A stretch of DNA of 60,248 nt, the filler included, from Nitrospinae bacterium RIFCSPLOWO2_12_FULL_45_22 (GTDB taxonomy: Bacteria > 2-12-FULL-45-22), in NCBI GenBank assembly GCA_001803565.1. It is 9 parts of 9 records of this genome, joined end to end, with 100 filler letters (N's around TTAATTAATTAA, not from the genome) between each part and the next. Parts side by side here need not be neighbours in the genome. Positions count along the whole stretch, not along the records: positions 18,060 to 27,588 come from MHDQ01000211.1; positions 27,689 to 33,553 come from MHDQ01000212.1; 7 more parts are not named here. One strand, given 5' to 3'. Shown here one piece after another: positions 21,773-32,114 of this stretch. The notes below the pieces were generated by a model that saw only the letters and a program-made list of their open reading frames with translations, searched no databases and was not told the DNA's origin. The translations under genes were made by a program, and so were the position numbers. Position 1 is the stretch's first letter. Each line of letters opens with the position of its first letter.

Positions 21773-22852
21773 TCAAGCTAGTGCTGGTTCATACCAGCAT
21801 AGGGGGTCTTCGGCCATAGGGTCGCCAGTCAGGGCATGGGTCCGCCGCCTGTCTCCTCCACAGACATATCTATATTCGCAACGGCCACACTTGCCTTTTA
21901 ATCTCGCCCGGTCTCTCAAAGTAATAAGAATCTCGGCACTACCCCAAATATCTTGCAGCTCCTGGCTCCTCAAATCACCTGCTTCGATCTCTATAGTGGG
22001 CACGACTTTACCATCAACTGTTAGGTTAAAGCCATATATCCCAAAAGGGTCCCCGACATTAAAATCCTTCTTATCAGGGGCCGCATATCTTTTTTTGGCC
22101 TTTTGATTTTCTGCTACAATATAGTAACCATCAAACTTTATCTGTTGCCTGCCAAAAAGCCCCTGCTGTTCCAGTAGATAGCGCTGCATATCTCTTCGTT
22201 GTTCGTTGGTCAACTGCAAATCCACTCTGCCTTGTGCCCGGCCAAAAGGGATAAATTCATTTATTACGATATTTACCTCCAGATCCAGGGCCAACCGGAT
22301 TATTAGGGGTAGTTCCTTATAATTTCCTTGAGAGATAGTGGTCTGGATATCTATTACCGGGATACCGGCTTTTTTGCAATTCCCTATAGCTCGGATTCCT
22401 TTATCATAACTGCCTTCACCTCTAAGGGGGTCATTGGTTGCTGCGCTGGGACCATCCAGACTAATATCTACTACAGAAAGCCCGGCATACTTTAGCCCAC
22501 AGGCATACTCTTCATCAATTAGGATACCATTAGTAACCATCCCTACCCCCAGAATAGGGGAGGTATAGGCAATGATTTCGAGCAGGTCTTTCCGTAGGGT
22601 TGGTTCGCCACCACCCAGAGAGAGATAGGTGGTGCCGGCCCTTTTGAGGTTCCGAACGAGGGCGTAAATCTCTTCGGTAGTCAATTCATCTTCCGCTGGT
22701 TCAGTAGAATCGGCCCCGCAGTATTTGCAGCGTAAATTGCAGCCCGCAGTAATCTGGAAGATGGCGAAGGATGGTTTGAGGCATTCTAGTTCTCGCTGGA
22801 ACTTAGCCCGAGTAACCTGCAAAAAATCCTGGGTCGAAAACCCCTCTTTCAT
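21773..22852 (-). CDS. Radical SAM protein with atypical SPASM domain
   Basis: CNLRCKYC, GGEP, TNG, SLDG; CGRC..C..DPLC. Confidence 0.88.
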   Translation of the reverse strand: MKEGFSTQDFLQVTRAKFQRELECLKPSFAIFQITAGCNLRCKYCGADSTEPAEDELTTEEIYALVRNLKRAGTTYLSLGGGEPTLRKDLLEIIAYTSPILGVGMVTNGILIDEEYACGLKYAGLSVVDISLDGPSAATNDPLRGEGSYDKGIRAIGNCKKAGIPVIDIQTTISQGNYKELPLIIRLALDLEVNIVINEFIPFGRAQGRVDLQLTNEQRRDMQRYLLEQQGLFGRQQIKFDGYYIVAENQKAKKRYAAPDKKDFNVGDPFGIYGFNLTVDGKVVPTIEIEAGDLRSQELQDIWGSAEILITLRDRARLKGKCGRCEYRYVCGGDRRRTHALTGDPMAEDPLCWYEPALA

Positions 22853-22866
22853 GGCAATCTTTTATT

Positions 22867-23084
22867 GTAATAATTCAGCCACCAAGGCACAAAGTCACTA
22901 AGGAATGGCAAAGGACCTGGATAGAGGCGAGCAAGCCTTCGGCCTAGAGGGCCTCAGCCCGAAGGCTCGATCACTACAAATTATTTTTTGGTTGTAATGG
23001 CAGAGCTTGCTCTGCATCATACATTTGACCCTTGGTGTCTTGGTGCCTTAGTGGCTAATAAAACTTCCCTGGGTGAACGATTAC
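22867..23084. repeat. MITE-like composite palindrome
   Basis: Ends GTAATAATTCAG / GTGAACGATTAC; inner agccaccaaggcac / gtgccttagtggct arms. Confidence 0.65.
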
Positions 23085-23113
23085 TTGGCGTCGATGCAAC
23101 GTTTGGGCACAGA

Positions 23114-23380
23114 TTACCCCTCGTCACGGATGCGGCGTAAGTCTGCGGCAGAGTCAAACTCTCCTTCCCATAGTTCAGCCACCTTATCACACTCGGCTAA
23201 CCAAGCATCTACCTTCGCCAACCGTGACTTCGCCCCTTCCTTATTGTTTTCTTGTGTTGTAGCAACAAGAGCCAGATTAATCAACTGCTCGGAGATATGT
23301 GCCACTAGTTTGAGTTGTTCGTGCGGTGGCAGTTGAGCCACCTGTTGTTCCAGTTGCTCTAAAGTCATCTTGTTGCTCAT
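23114..23380 (-). CDS. Small hypothetical protein (antitoxin-like), cassette gene
   Basis: RBS and ATG; follows the attC at 23420-23491. Confidence 0.6.
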   Translation of the reverse strand: MSNKMTLEQLEQQVAQLPPHEQLKLVAHISEQLINLALVATTQENNKEGAKSRLAKVDAWLAECDKVAELWEGEFDSAADLRRIRDEG

Positions 23381-23419
23381 CTTTGTTCTCCTCTATTTCT
23401 TTCTTAGGCTTGGCATTGC

Positions 23420-23491
23420 GCCTAACGGGCTGGCTAAACGAAGTTGCGAAGCATTTCCTATAATTTTTTATCTTTTAGCCTGTTGTTAGCT
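23420..23491 (-). other. attC site
   Basis: AGCTAAC..aggctaaa..tttagcc..GTTAGGC; the TAA is the stop of the upstream gene. Confidence 0.8.
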
Positions 23492-24043
23492 GAAGTCAGA
23501 TATATATTTCTTCTGTCCATAGCGTTCTAACATATCTTGCAAAATCTTATCATCTATTACGGCTTTTACATAATTGTATAATCTTTTGTATTCAGATTTT
23601 AGCTCAGGGCAACTTTCCCAGACTTCATGATTGTTGATAATCGTTTGTATTTTACCATTTAAAATATCTACACCTGCCCAATCTTTAAGAATTTTAGGGC
23701 TGAGTAGCACCCAGGCAAAAAATCCTTCCCAGTATTTCCTATCCGGATCCGAAAGGGCATCCCATGTTTTATCAATATAATCATGATCAATCCATACCAT
23801 TTGCTCCTCAGCTTTGTCTGCCCCTTCTTCATTTCCTAATATTCGAATAGATTCTTTTATCCAAGAAGGAAAAGGCTCGCAGAAATTCCAAGCTCTCCCA
23901 TAGGCTTGGTACCAATCATGGTTTACAATCCTATGATTTGAACCCAAGAGTTCATGGGGTTTATCCTTTTCTTTATGAAGATCGAAATAAGGTCTTCCAT
24001 AAGCGATTAAATCTATTACTGCATGTACCCATGCACTTGGCAT
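23486..24043 (-). CDS. Hypothetical His/Asp-rich cassette protein
   Basis: AT-rich ORF bounded by complementary gttagctgaa / ttcagctaac. Confidence 0.75.
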   Translation of the reverse strand: MPSAWVHAVIDLIAYGRPYFDLHKEKDKPHELLGSNHRIVNHDWYQAYGRAWNFCEPFPSWIKESIRILGNEEGADKAEEQMVWIDHDYIDKTWDALSDPDRKYWEGFFAWVLLSPKILKDWAGVDILNGKIQTIINNHEVWESCPELKSEYKRLYNYVKAVIDDKILQDMLERYGQKKYISDFS

Positions 24044-24081
24044 TTTACAAATCCCCTTTTTCTTCCGTTAATCTGATTTTC

Positions 24082-24148
24082 AGCTAACGGTTTTGGCACA
24101 AAAGAAGCCTGAAGGGTTTGGATGGTAATCTTTTGCACCATGTTATCT
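24082..24148 (-). other. attC site
   Basis: AGATAAC atggtgcaaaaga ... tcttttgtgcca aaacc GTTAGCT. Confidence 0.75.
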
Positions 24149-24167
24149 GCCTGTTGCGGGCAGGGAT

Positions 24168-24380
24168 TTATAAAAGTTTTTTGAATTCTTCAATAGTTAG
24201 TCCAGCATCTTTTACCATACCGGCCATTGTGAAAGCATCCACGGGATTAACCCTGGGGATGGTAATAATCCTTTCGCCGTTTGTCATTGTGATATGTTTA
24301 CCTTTTCTTGCTATTCGGAAACCTGCTTTTTGAAATGCCCTCACTGCTCGCTGGTGGTTTATCCCTGATAATTTAGGCAT
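24168..24380 (-). CDS. hicA: HicA family toxin
   Basis: AFQKAGF..RKGKH..ITIP; 70 aa; overlaps hicB. Confidence 0.85.
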   Translation of the reverse strand: MPKLSGINHQRAVRAFQKAGFRIARKGKHITMTNGERIITIPRVNPVDAFTMAGMVKDAGLTIEEFKKLL

Positions 24381-24573
24381 AAGATACTTCTACATAACGA
24401 TACTCTTTGTCTTTGGTTAGCTCCTCAACGGTTTCTAAATATGATTGTATGGCATCTTTAATGTTTTCCAATGCTTCTTCTTCTGTTTTTCCTTGAGACC
24501 AGCAACCAGGCAGGCCAGGAACCCAGACAGAATAACCTTCTTCTGTTTTTTTGAGATTTACTTTATATTTCAT
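24373..24573 (-). CDS. hicB: HicB family antitoxin
   Basis: VPGLPGCWSQGKTEEEALENIKDAI. Confidence 0.9.
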   Translation of the reverse strand: MKYKVNLKKTEEGYSVWVPGLPGCWSQGKTEEEALENIKDAIQSYLETVEELTKDKEYRYVEVSYA

Positions 24574-24833
24574 AGGCACCTCCTTAGTCTTTTTAATCTT
24601 TTAACCTATTTTACCCCAAAATGCTGATTTTGTTTACCAATAAATAGAAGGGCAAAGCCTTTGGGATAATTAATCTCAAACTCTCTGTTATCTGCCTGAA
24701 TTCTGTCCTTTTTCCCTATATGCCATAAGCCACGTTGATAAATGAACTGAGAATTTGTAATAATGCAAGACCTGACCCCATTTTGTACTCACCCACTGGG
24801 TAACAATATCGAATTTCATGGGCTTTCACCCAA

Positions 24834-24880
24834 TCCCAACGACCTGGATTTTGCTTGGCACGAGCAGCGACTGGTTAGGC
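24834..24880 (-). other. Short or degenerate attC site
   Basis: GCCTAAC (overlapping stop) ... GTTGGGA; inner arms pair poorly. Confidence 0.5.
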
Positions 24881-25141
24881 TATTGGCTGCATTCCTAATA
24901 AGTGGCGTACTTCAATGCCATCGTCTAAATCTTCCCAATAGATGGCAAAACCTCCTGGTTCAAGAGACCATTTGGCTCGTTGCTCTGGAGTGGCTTTTGC
25001 CAACCAATCTAACCACTCAACTTGGTCTATTGCTACACTGATTTCTCTGCCATCACTAAGGAAAATACAGAGTGTGTTGCCAACAAAATGGAGATTGGTT
25101 GCTCCAACCTCTTCTATCATTTTACGTGGTAAAGTAGCCAT
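24875..25141 (-). CDS. DUF2442 family protein
   Basis: LSDGREI..L..ATPEQR..IYWEDLDDGI. Confidence 0.8.
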   Translation of the reverse strand: MATLPRKMIEEVGATNLHFVGNTLCIFLSDGREISVAIDQVEWLDWLAKATPEQRAKWSLEPGGFAIYWEDLDDGIEVRHLLGMQPIA

Positions 25142-25355
25142 TCCACACCTCCAATAATCTATCCTGATTCTGCCGTGTTAACTTCAAAATACGGTTCAGT
25201 TCGGCTGGATTATAGCCATGATTGTATTCTACCACCACAGGCTGAAGCCAAATTTTAGCTTCATTTTCACCATATAAAACATGAACATGTGGCGGTTCGT
25301 TTATATCAGAAGAATAGAACCGAAATTTATAACCGTCAATTACACTTGTTGGCAT
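25122..25355 (-). CDS. DUF4160 family protein
   Basis: GYKFRFYSSD..EPPHVHV..EAKIWL. Confidence 0.85.
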   Translation of the reverse strand: MPTSVIDGYKFRFYSSDINEPPHVHVLYGENEAKIWLQPVVVEYNHGYNPAELNRILKLTRQNQDRLLEVWNGYFTT

Positions 25356-25491
25356 GTAAACACCTTTCAATTTTGGCTGAACCCTTTTGTTTATATTGTG
25401 TCAGGACTTTCGCCGTTTGCCTACCGGGTTTATGGGCCGTACCCTCACGTCAAAGCTCACCTGCCGCTATGGAGCACCAGCGGAGTAGCGG

Positions 25492-25592
25492 TCAGAATGA
25501 GGCTAACCGGAATTCTGGTTCCTTTGATCCGTGGTTTACCTCGGAGCACATCCCGGCGTGCTCACAATATAATCTCTCCAATTTGCTTGCAT
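25492..25592 (-). pseudogene. Truncated, frameshifted DUF433 antitoxin fragment
   Basis: MQANWRDYIVSTP / DVLRGKPRIKGTRIPVSLIL after a GGAGG RBS; runs into an attC half at 25445-25495. Confidence 0.7.
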
Positions 25593-25611
25593 ATTACCCT
25601 CCTGCGATGGC

Positions 25612-25696
25612 GCTTAACGTTCCCAGCATAAAAGAAGCTCGGCGAGGCAAAAATTTGGGTGAGCCCGAAGGGCAAACCTTTTATGCTGTGTTATAC
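25612..25696 (-). other. attC site
   Basis: GTATAAC acagcataaaag ... cttttatgctg ggaac GTTAAGC. Confidence 0.75.
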
Positions 25697-25793
25697 GCCG
25701 TGCCGTGCCCCTTTTTTGGGCTGTAGCCAAAGTGAAACTCAGGCCTGACACCATTTACTCACTCTTCTCCAGCCCCATACCAATCCCTTCTCT

Positions 25794-27588
25794 TCAGGCA
25801 TGGGTTTGATGTAATCTCTGCAATGAGCTGCGAACCACGGACAACGAGTATTCGTCACCGTATTTCTTAAAGAGCCCTTCTGCCTGCAAGTACAGCCTTT
25901 CTGCTTCATCAAATTGCCGTCTCTCCTGGGCGATCGTTCCCAACTGGTGTAAAGTGCTTGCCTGGCCGTATTCGTTTTTCAACTTCTCCTCTATTGCCAA
26001 ACTCTTGCAATACCATTGCTCTGCTTCATCAAATTGCCGTCTCTCCTCGGCGATCATTCCCAACTGGTGTAAAGTGCTTGCCTGGCCGTATTCGTCTTTC
26101 AACTTCTCCTCTATTGCCAGACTCTTGCGATACCATTTCTCTGCTTCATCAAATTGCCGTCTCTCCCCGGCGATCATTCCCAGATTGTGCCACAATGAGG
26201 CACACAGATCTTCTGCCCCGGCAAGAGGCACCCCTTGACCGTCTGTTGCCTTCCTTTCAATCTCCAGATTCAGCAGCTCAGATTCCGACCACCGACTTTG
26301 CCTGACTAACATCTCTGCCATCCCCAGTGATATGCGGTTGAGCGCATCCCACATCCGGCGCCGCAAGCCAAGACGGATTGCATACCGAAGATTCTGTTCT
26401 TCCAGCCGCACAACTGGCATCGCTGCTTCTGCATTTGTCCTAAGTTGTTGTTGCAGTAACTGACTTAAATCGCCACACACATCCACAAATTTCTGCTCCA
26501 GCCATTCCATATCTTCAGCGTATGTTGTCTGCAATATCTCGTGAAAGAACCACGGAAGCGCCGGATGGATTTTATACAGACCAGGGCCTAGCTTGTGCAA
26601 CAAGCCAATCTCTGCAGATTGGTCAAGCATTCGCCCCCAGGCATTTGAATCTAATCCCTCCAGTAATTCAGGAGCTGAATCATCATCGCAGATATAAGCC
26701 AGCACATCTGCATTTACAAATCCCTGAAACATTCCCAGCACACCCAGACGACCACGCAGTGATTCATCCAGGCTGTCCAGACGATATTCAAGCGAGGCGG
26801 TGAGTGAGTGTTCTCTGCCTTGCTCCCTGTCATCCCTGGGGAGCTTAGCTGCTCCTGTCTGTAAGGCAGATAACAGGTCATCAGGCTCAATTCGTGCCAG
26901 CTCCGGCAGGATCGCCTGTATGGCCAATGGATTCCCCTGAAGATAATTTAGTAGTTTGTCATATGGTTTGAGCCTCTGGCGGTCTATACCTGCTCGATAG
27001 AGAACTTTTCCTGCCAGCTCCGTTGCATCCCTTTGATTCAGTCCGCGCAATGTTATAAGTTGATAGCATCTACCAAGCCATCCTTCCTCTCTCCTGCTGG
27101 TGAGGATAACCTTTGTTGCTCCACCGCTCAAGGCTCGCAAGAAATCCTTAAGCTCCTGCTGTTCCTCTTTCTTCCACACCGATGGTGTTCCTTTCGGAAA
27201 TCCTGCTACTGGCTCGAAATTGTCCCAGATCATCAGACATGGTATCTTCCGCAGGATATCCTTTGTCAGTTGACGGCGTTGGATTGGATCCAAAAGATGC
27301 CATTCAGTGCCAGTTTGAGCTTTGATCACCTCTCTAAATACATCACCGATTTGGTTACAAACATGGTCCAGAGTGATGTAAGATTCAAAGGAGAAGAAGA
27401 ATATCGGACCGTCCAGAGCACCTGTCTCCGCCCACCACCTGGCAAATCCCACAGCAGTTGTTGTCTTACCAACCCCGGCCATTGCCTGTAGAAGGACTAT
27501 TGTCTCCCGCTCAAATGCCTTTTCCAATCCCCAGATATCCGCGTCCCTGCCAATAAAGCCGTAATCCGGCTGCTCTGGCAGGTCAATC
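25794..27588 (-). CDS. STAND/NB-ARC-like P-loop NTPase with C-terminal TPRs (5' partial)
   Basis: FIGRD, AGVGKTT, IWDNFE, TSRR, GNPLA; 120-nt near-identical TPR repeats at 25901-26180. Confidence 0.8.
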
Positions 27589-27688
27589 NNNNNNNNNNNN
27601 NNNNNNNNNNNNNNNNNNNNNNNNNNNNNNNNTTAATTAATTAANNNNNNNNNNNNNNNNNNNNNNNNNNNNNNNNNNNNNNNNNNNN

Positions 27689-27846
27689 AATTCATCAAAA
27701 TTTATTGTTGCTTCATCCCTCCGTTCAGCAATTATAGCAAGGTCATGAATATCTTCCAAAAGTTCCTCATATTCCTCTATTGGAAGAACAATGGCAGTCT
27801 TTTGACCACTTTCATCTATCAAATATTGTGCTTGAATTTTTCCCAT
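27689..27846 (-). CDS. Small antitoxin-like protein (3' partial)
   Basis: QYLIDESGQKTAIVLPIEEYEELLEDIHDL. Confidence 0.6.
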
Positions 27847-28067
27847 CCTGCCCTCCTATTTGATTGGCTTTAATCAAATTATACCAGATTGCAGCCCATC
27901 CGAGTACCTAGCCTTTTGAGTATGAACCTCAAACTCGATCATATGCCGTTGCGGGCTTATAAAATTCACAATTCAAGACTTTACCCTCTGCCTTATTAAG
28001 TACAATCGGGGCTGTTGGTACTGTAAGCAACTCATAAGGAGGCTTGTCCTGAGCACAGCGAAGGAGC

Positions 28068-29111
28068 TTATCCAAGAAGCGGTAGGTGAGTCTCGATGGC
28101 TGTAGGTAATAGGAAGAGGTTTCTATAAGACCTCTGGTATCTGAATTTTTCTGCCATGGTATTCTCACCGTTTACTAGATAGCCTAGATCACCAATCATG
28201 CACTTGACCGAACCGCCGCCTTTTTTCCAGAATTCAGACACATCTACCAGCACCGGTATCACACCCCGCTCTTTAATCCGTGATAGCAAGCCCGGGCTTA
28301 CCCCCTCTGGCATTATCAGGTACCGCTGATCGCCATATGCTACCTGAAAGGAATTGGCCGCATATAACCAGGCATCCTCTGGTTCTAGCTCCACGAGCTT
28401 ATCCCCCATTATCTCTCTAAGAATCGCTTGAGAGTTTGGCTCTAAGGCAGGTAGATAAGCCAGCAGCAATTCTCTATTAGGTCCGAAGGAGCAGAGTAGG
28501 GTATCACCATGATAAAAGGCTTCATTAATTAGGCGTAATGGTATTATCTTATCCCGCTCAGCTATGAGGCTCAGCTCAGCCAGAACTTCCTTATCAGACC
28601 TAAAGCCATAAACCCTTCGATAAGGTGGGATAGCCCACTGGAAGATAAACCTCTGCGCTTCGATCACTCCATAGGTAAAGATATATCTATCTCCGACAGG
28701 AAAAAAATCGGCCTCTCCTTCAAACCGATAGGAGAGTTCCTGGGTCTTAAAACCAAGCTGCTTGATAAAATCCTTATAATAGGGCTTTTCACCGGCTCTG
28801 GTTGAGATAAGGTTGGAGAGATAGAAGGTCTTTTCTCTTATAGGTATTTCCTCCTGGATGCGGGTAAGAAACCCAGCATTAGCAGGATAAACCAGCCCCG
28901 GCTGTTCCTTTACTGGAGGTAAGACGAAGACCTCTACGCCTAAGCCTATCAGGCTCCTGGCCAGTTGGTGCCACTGAGTAATAGCCTTTTTACGGGAGAC
29001 CCTCTTGCGTCTACCCCAAAAAGTCCTGGTATGGGGGTTAGCTCCACCTTTTATGCTAAAGAACGACGGATCGCCCATAAGCACTGCATGTCTTGCCTCT
29101 TGTCCCCCCAT
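28068..29111 (-). CDS. Amidinotransferase/pentein superfamily hydrolase
   Basis: VYPANAG, FEGEAD, FYHGDT, GGGSVKCM. Confidence 0.85.
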   Translation of the reverse strand: MGGQEARHAVLMGDPSFFSIKGGANPHTRTFWGRRKRVSRKKAITQWHQLARSLIGLGVEVFVLPPVKEQPGLVYPANAGFLTRIQEEIPIREKTFYLSNLISTRAGEKPYYKDFIKQLGFKTQELSYRFEGEADFFPVGDRYIFTYGVIEAQRFIFQWAIPPYRRVYGFRSDKEVLAELSLIAERDKIIPLRLINEAFYHGDTLLCSFGPNRELLLAYLPALEPNSQAILREIMGDKLVELEPEDAWLYAANSFQVAYGDQRYLIMPEGVSPGLLSRIKERGVIPVLVDVSEFWKKGGGSVKCMIGDLGYLVNGENTMAEKFRYQRSYRNLFLLPTAIETHLPLLG

Positions 29112-29273
29112 CTTTTTCGGTATCCTGCAAAAAATATAGTGGACAAATCCCCCCAATCCCCCTTTGCTAAAGATGAAACGTCATTAGTCACTAGTTTAAA
29201 GCCTTATAGTCCGGATTGGCCAATGACCAATGACTGATGACGTTATTTATGGGGACTAAGGGGGATTAATTTT

Positions 29274-30776
29274 CTACTTAGCTGGCCAATTAATACCGGG
29301 CAGGGTCTTGTCTGGAACAAAATCGCCCTCTTCTTCTAACGAGGCTACCGGGTAGGTGCAATAGTATGGGGCAAACAAGGCCGTAGGGAAATGGTTACCA
29401 CTCTTGCCTATGCCACCAAAAGGCAATCTGGACGAGGCGCCAGTAGTAGCCCGGTTCCAATTGATAATCCCTGCCTTACAGGATTGCAGTAATTCGTTAT
29501 AATAACCCCTATCCCTCGAGAAGATAGATACTACGAGCCCGTAAGGTGACTGGTTAGTAATATCTATGGCCTCCATCGGGTCAGAAACAATATATAGATC
29601 TATATCCGGAGCGAATATCTCCTCCTGCTGATATTTACTGCCAGGATCAGGGGCCTTTACCAGGTGGATAGAGGGACTAACATAATAACCGGCCCGCTCA
29701 CGGGCGAGGGCGTGACCTTCTAATATTGTCTCGCACCCTTCGCTAGTTGCCAGCCCTTGGTAATGCCAGAAACGCTCCTGGGCCGTTTCACTTATCAATG
29801 GCCCCATAAAAACCCCTTTATCAAAGGCAAAACCTATCCGGAGTTGTTGGGTCAGGGTAACGAACTTCTCTATGAAGGGTTCGGCTATTCCTTTTAACAG
29901 AATAACCCGGCTGGTCGAGGTACAGCGCTGACCGGTAGTCAAGAAGGCCCCCACCAGGGTCTCGTACAAGGCCCTCTCTAAATTAGCATCCTCAGCTACT
30001 ATAACGGCATTTTTGCCCCCCATCTCTAATACTATTATCTTCCAATAATCTTCTATGGTAGCCTTTTTTATCGCCAGCCCGGTCTCATAAGAACCGGTAA
30101 AAAGAATACCATCCACGCCGGAATGGCTGCATAATTGTGCGCCAACTCCTTTGCCTCCTTGCACCAGGTTAAAGACCCCAGGCGGGAAGCCAGCATTATC
30201 TATGAGGGAGGTAATGAATTGACCGGTAGCTGGTGTATACTCAGAGGGTTTAAAGATCACGGTATTACCGGTCAAAAGGGCCGGGACAAAATGGCCATTG
30301 GGCAAATGACCCGGGAAATTAAAAGGCCCAATCACTGCCAAAACCCCCCGGGGATGATAATAACAATGACCATTTATCTCTGGTACCCTAAAAGGTTTGA
30401 CCCGCTTGAGGCCTTCCTGGATAGTTATATCAATCTTATTTATCATCAGACTGACTTCATTCTGGGCCTCCCATAATGGCTTACCCACTTCCCGGGCAAT
30501 GAGTTCTGCCAGCCTGTCTGCCCCTTCTTCCAGCCCCTTTTTGAAACGGAGGATATGTCTTTTTCGGACAGCTAAAGGCATCCTGCTCCATCTAGTAAAC
30601 GCTTCTCTGGCCCCATGAACCACCTCATCAACCTGAGAAAGAGAGACCGGGAATCGCCCGATGATATCCTGCAGATCGCCTGGGTTATAACTAATTATCT
30701 CGTCATCAAAGTAGGATGGGAGTACAAAACGACCGGCCAAATAATTGCCTAAGGGAGCAATCCTCTCAAACACCAT
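29274..30776 (-). CDS. astD: Succinylglutamate-semialdehyde dehydrogenase-like ALDH
   Basis: GPFNFPGHLPNGH, EMGGKN, GQRCT, TGASSRLPFGGIGKSGNH. Confidence 0.8.
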   Translation of the reverse strand: MVFERIAPLGNYLAGRFVLPSYFDDEIISYNPGDLQDIIGRFPVSLSQVDEVVHGAREAFTRWSRMPLAVRKRHILRFKKGLEEGADRLAELIAREVGKPLWEAQNEVSLMINKIDITIQEGLKRVKPFRVPEINGHCYYHPRGVLAVIGPFNFPGHLPNGHFVPALLTGNTVIFKPSEYTPATGQFITSLIDNAGFPPGVFNLVQGGKGVGAQLCSHSGVDGILFTGSYETGLAIKKATIEDYWKIIVLEMGGKNAVIVAEDANLERALYETLVGAFLTTGQRCTSTSRVILLKGIAEPFIEKFVTLTQQLRIGFAFDKGVFMGPLISETAQERFWHYQGLATSEGCETILEGHALARERAGYYVSPSIHLVKAPDPGSKYQQEEIFAPDIDLYIVSDPMEAIDITNQSPYGLVVSIFSRDRGYYNELLQSCKAGIINWNRATTGASSRLPFGGIGKSGNHFPTALFAPYYCTYPVASLEEEGDFVPDKTLPGINWPAK

Positions 30777-30872
30777 TTCACCCCCTAAGGCCTTTGATAA
30801 AGCCCCGATCTAGAGAGCAGGAAAGACAAAGACCAGATATTATCGAGTCCGGATCCATAATAATATTAGGGG

Positions 30873-31646
30873 TTATATTTCATCAGGATTGAATTCCAAC
30901 CTCAAATTCTCCAAAAAGATTGCCATTTTATCTACACCAATCAGGTTACGCATATGGAGAAGAAATCCTACTCGGTTGAGCACCAGCTTTGTTCGGAGGG
31001 AAGCCATGGCTGCCAAACTTTCATCTATAGCTGGTAGATTTCTTGGGTCTTTGCGGATCGTTAACATTAAATCGAGTCCATGTCCGGCCATTTCTGCCCG
31101 AAGCGGTATCACCCCTTGCAAGAATCTGATAAAATCATCTCCCAATTGGGATTGTATCTCTGAGGGAAGCCCCAACGCTTGTCCTATTTTGACTATGCGG
31201 AGCAGAATATTGCCGTCCTTACTCATTTCTAAGGCCATATCTAAGGCATTACCTCGGAAAATATCGAGTTGCGTTGGGGTAAGAATGGTTGGCAAAAATG
31301 CCAGAAAGTGGATTTGATTAGCAATCAATTCGTTGAGTAGGCCCGCTAATGCTTGGGCTTTGGCATTAATTACACCACTGTCGGACGGGTCCTTAAGCAG
31401 CTCGGCTTTGACCTCTTCTCTCTTCGACTTCAGGCTGGAGCATAATTGGCTTTGGAATTGAATAGGAGAGGCATAAACATAGTCACTGATAGCCCTATAT
31501 TGATCACTACTCAAGTTTACACCTTCCATGAGGCTCCAAAAGCGTTCGGCAGCTTTATCACATGCCTGGGCTATTGGGACACCCCATACAAAAATACTAA
31601 TACAGAGCAATACTAAACCGATACGAGGAGGGAAAACTTTTTTCAT
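30873..31646 (-). CDS. Exported helical protein with two Spy/CpxP-like repeats
   Basis: Signal peptide; LSSDQ..ILTPTQ pattern; two similar halves. Confidence 0.5.
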   Translation of the reverse strand: MKKVFPPRIGLVLLCISIFVWGVPIAQACDKAAERFWSLMEGVNLSSDQYRAISDYVYASPIQFQSQLCSSLKSKREEVKAELLKDPSDSGVINAKAQALAGLLNELIANQIHFLAFLPTILTPTQLDIFRGNALDMALEMSKDGNILLRIVKIGQALGLPSEIQSQLGDDFIRFLQGVIPLRAEMAGHGLDLMLTIRKDPRNLPAIDESLAAMASLRTKLVLNRVGFLLHMRNLIGVDKMAIFLENLRLEFNPDEI

Positions 31647-32041
31647 AACAAATCTCCTTTCTTAGGTCTCAAGCAGTATCTACGACTGCTTGGGGAAAAG
31701 GGTTTAGCCTGGGTATTAAAGTTTAGCCACAAAAAGGCACAAAAAGCACCAGATAATTTTAGGAATCATGAGACAGGAGTCAGAAGGAAGAGGTTTTTTT
31801 ATCATATTCTGAATTCTGTATCCTGCTTTCTGAATTCCTCTGAGTAGTCACGACTTTAGTTGGCTAAACAATTTTCAAATATTTTTTATCAAATTCTAGA
31901 AACCAAGTCAATAAAAATCTCGGGGGCAAAATGGTGATAATATTTTGATGGAGTCATATGCCTCCAGTATCCCTGCCAGGGCATGGGTATCTAGATTTGT
32001 GTTATATTGGCATATAGACCCCATTGCAAGATGGATTGCTC

Positions 32042-32069
32042 TTGACCCGGGAGGTATATATGCTACAAT
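32042..32069 (+). promoter_or_regulatory. Promoter of tRNA-Val
   Basis: TTGACC-16 nt-TACAAT with TGn extension. Confidence 0.55.
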
Positions 32070-32114
32070 TTGGAACAATATAAAAGATATAGGGCAAGCT
32101 CGATATAAGGCTCT

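Noticed and set aside
25901-26180. 120-nt direct repeats as a CRISPR array or DGR template
   Set aside because: In-frame 40-aa TPR units with no spacers and no reverse transcriptase nearby.
7097-30776. Functional clustering of arg biosynthesis genes with astD and the amidinotransferase
   Set aside because: They lie on different contigs, so the proximity is artificial.
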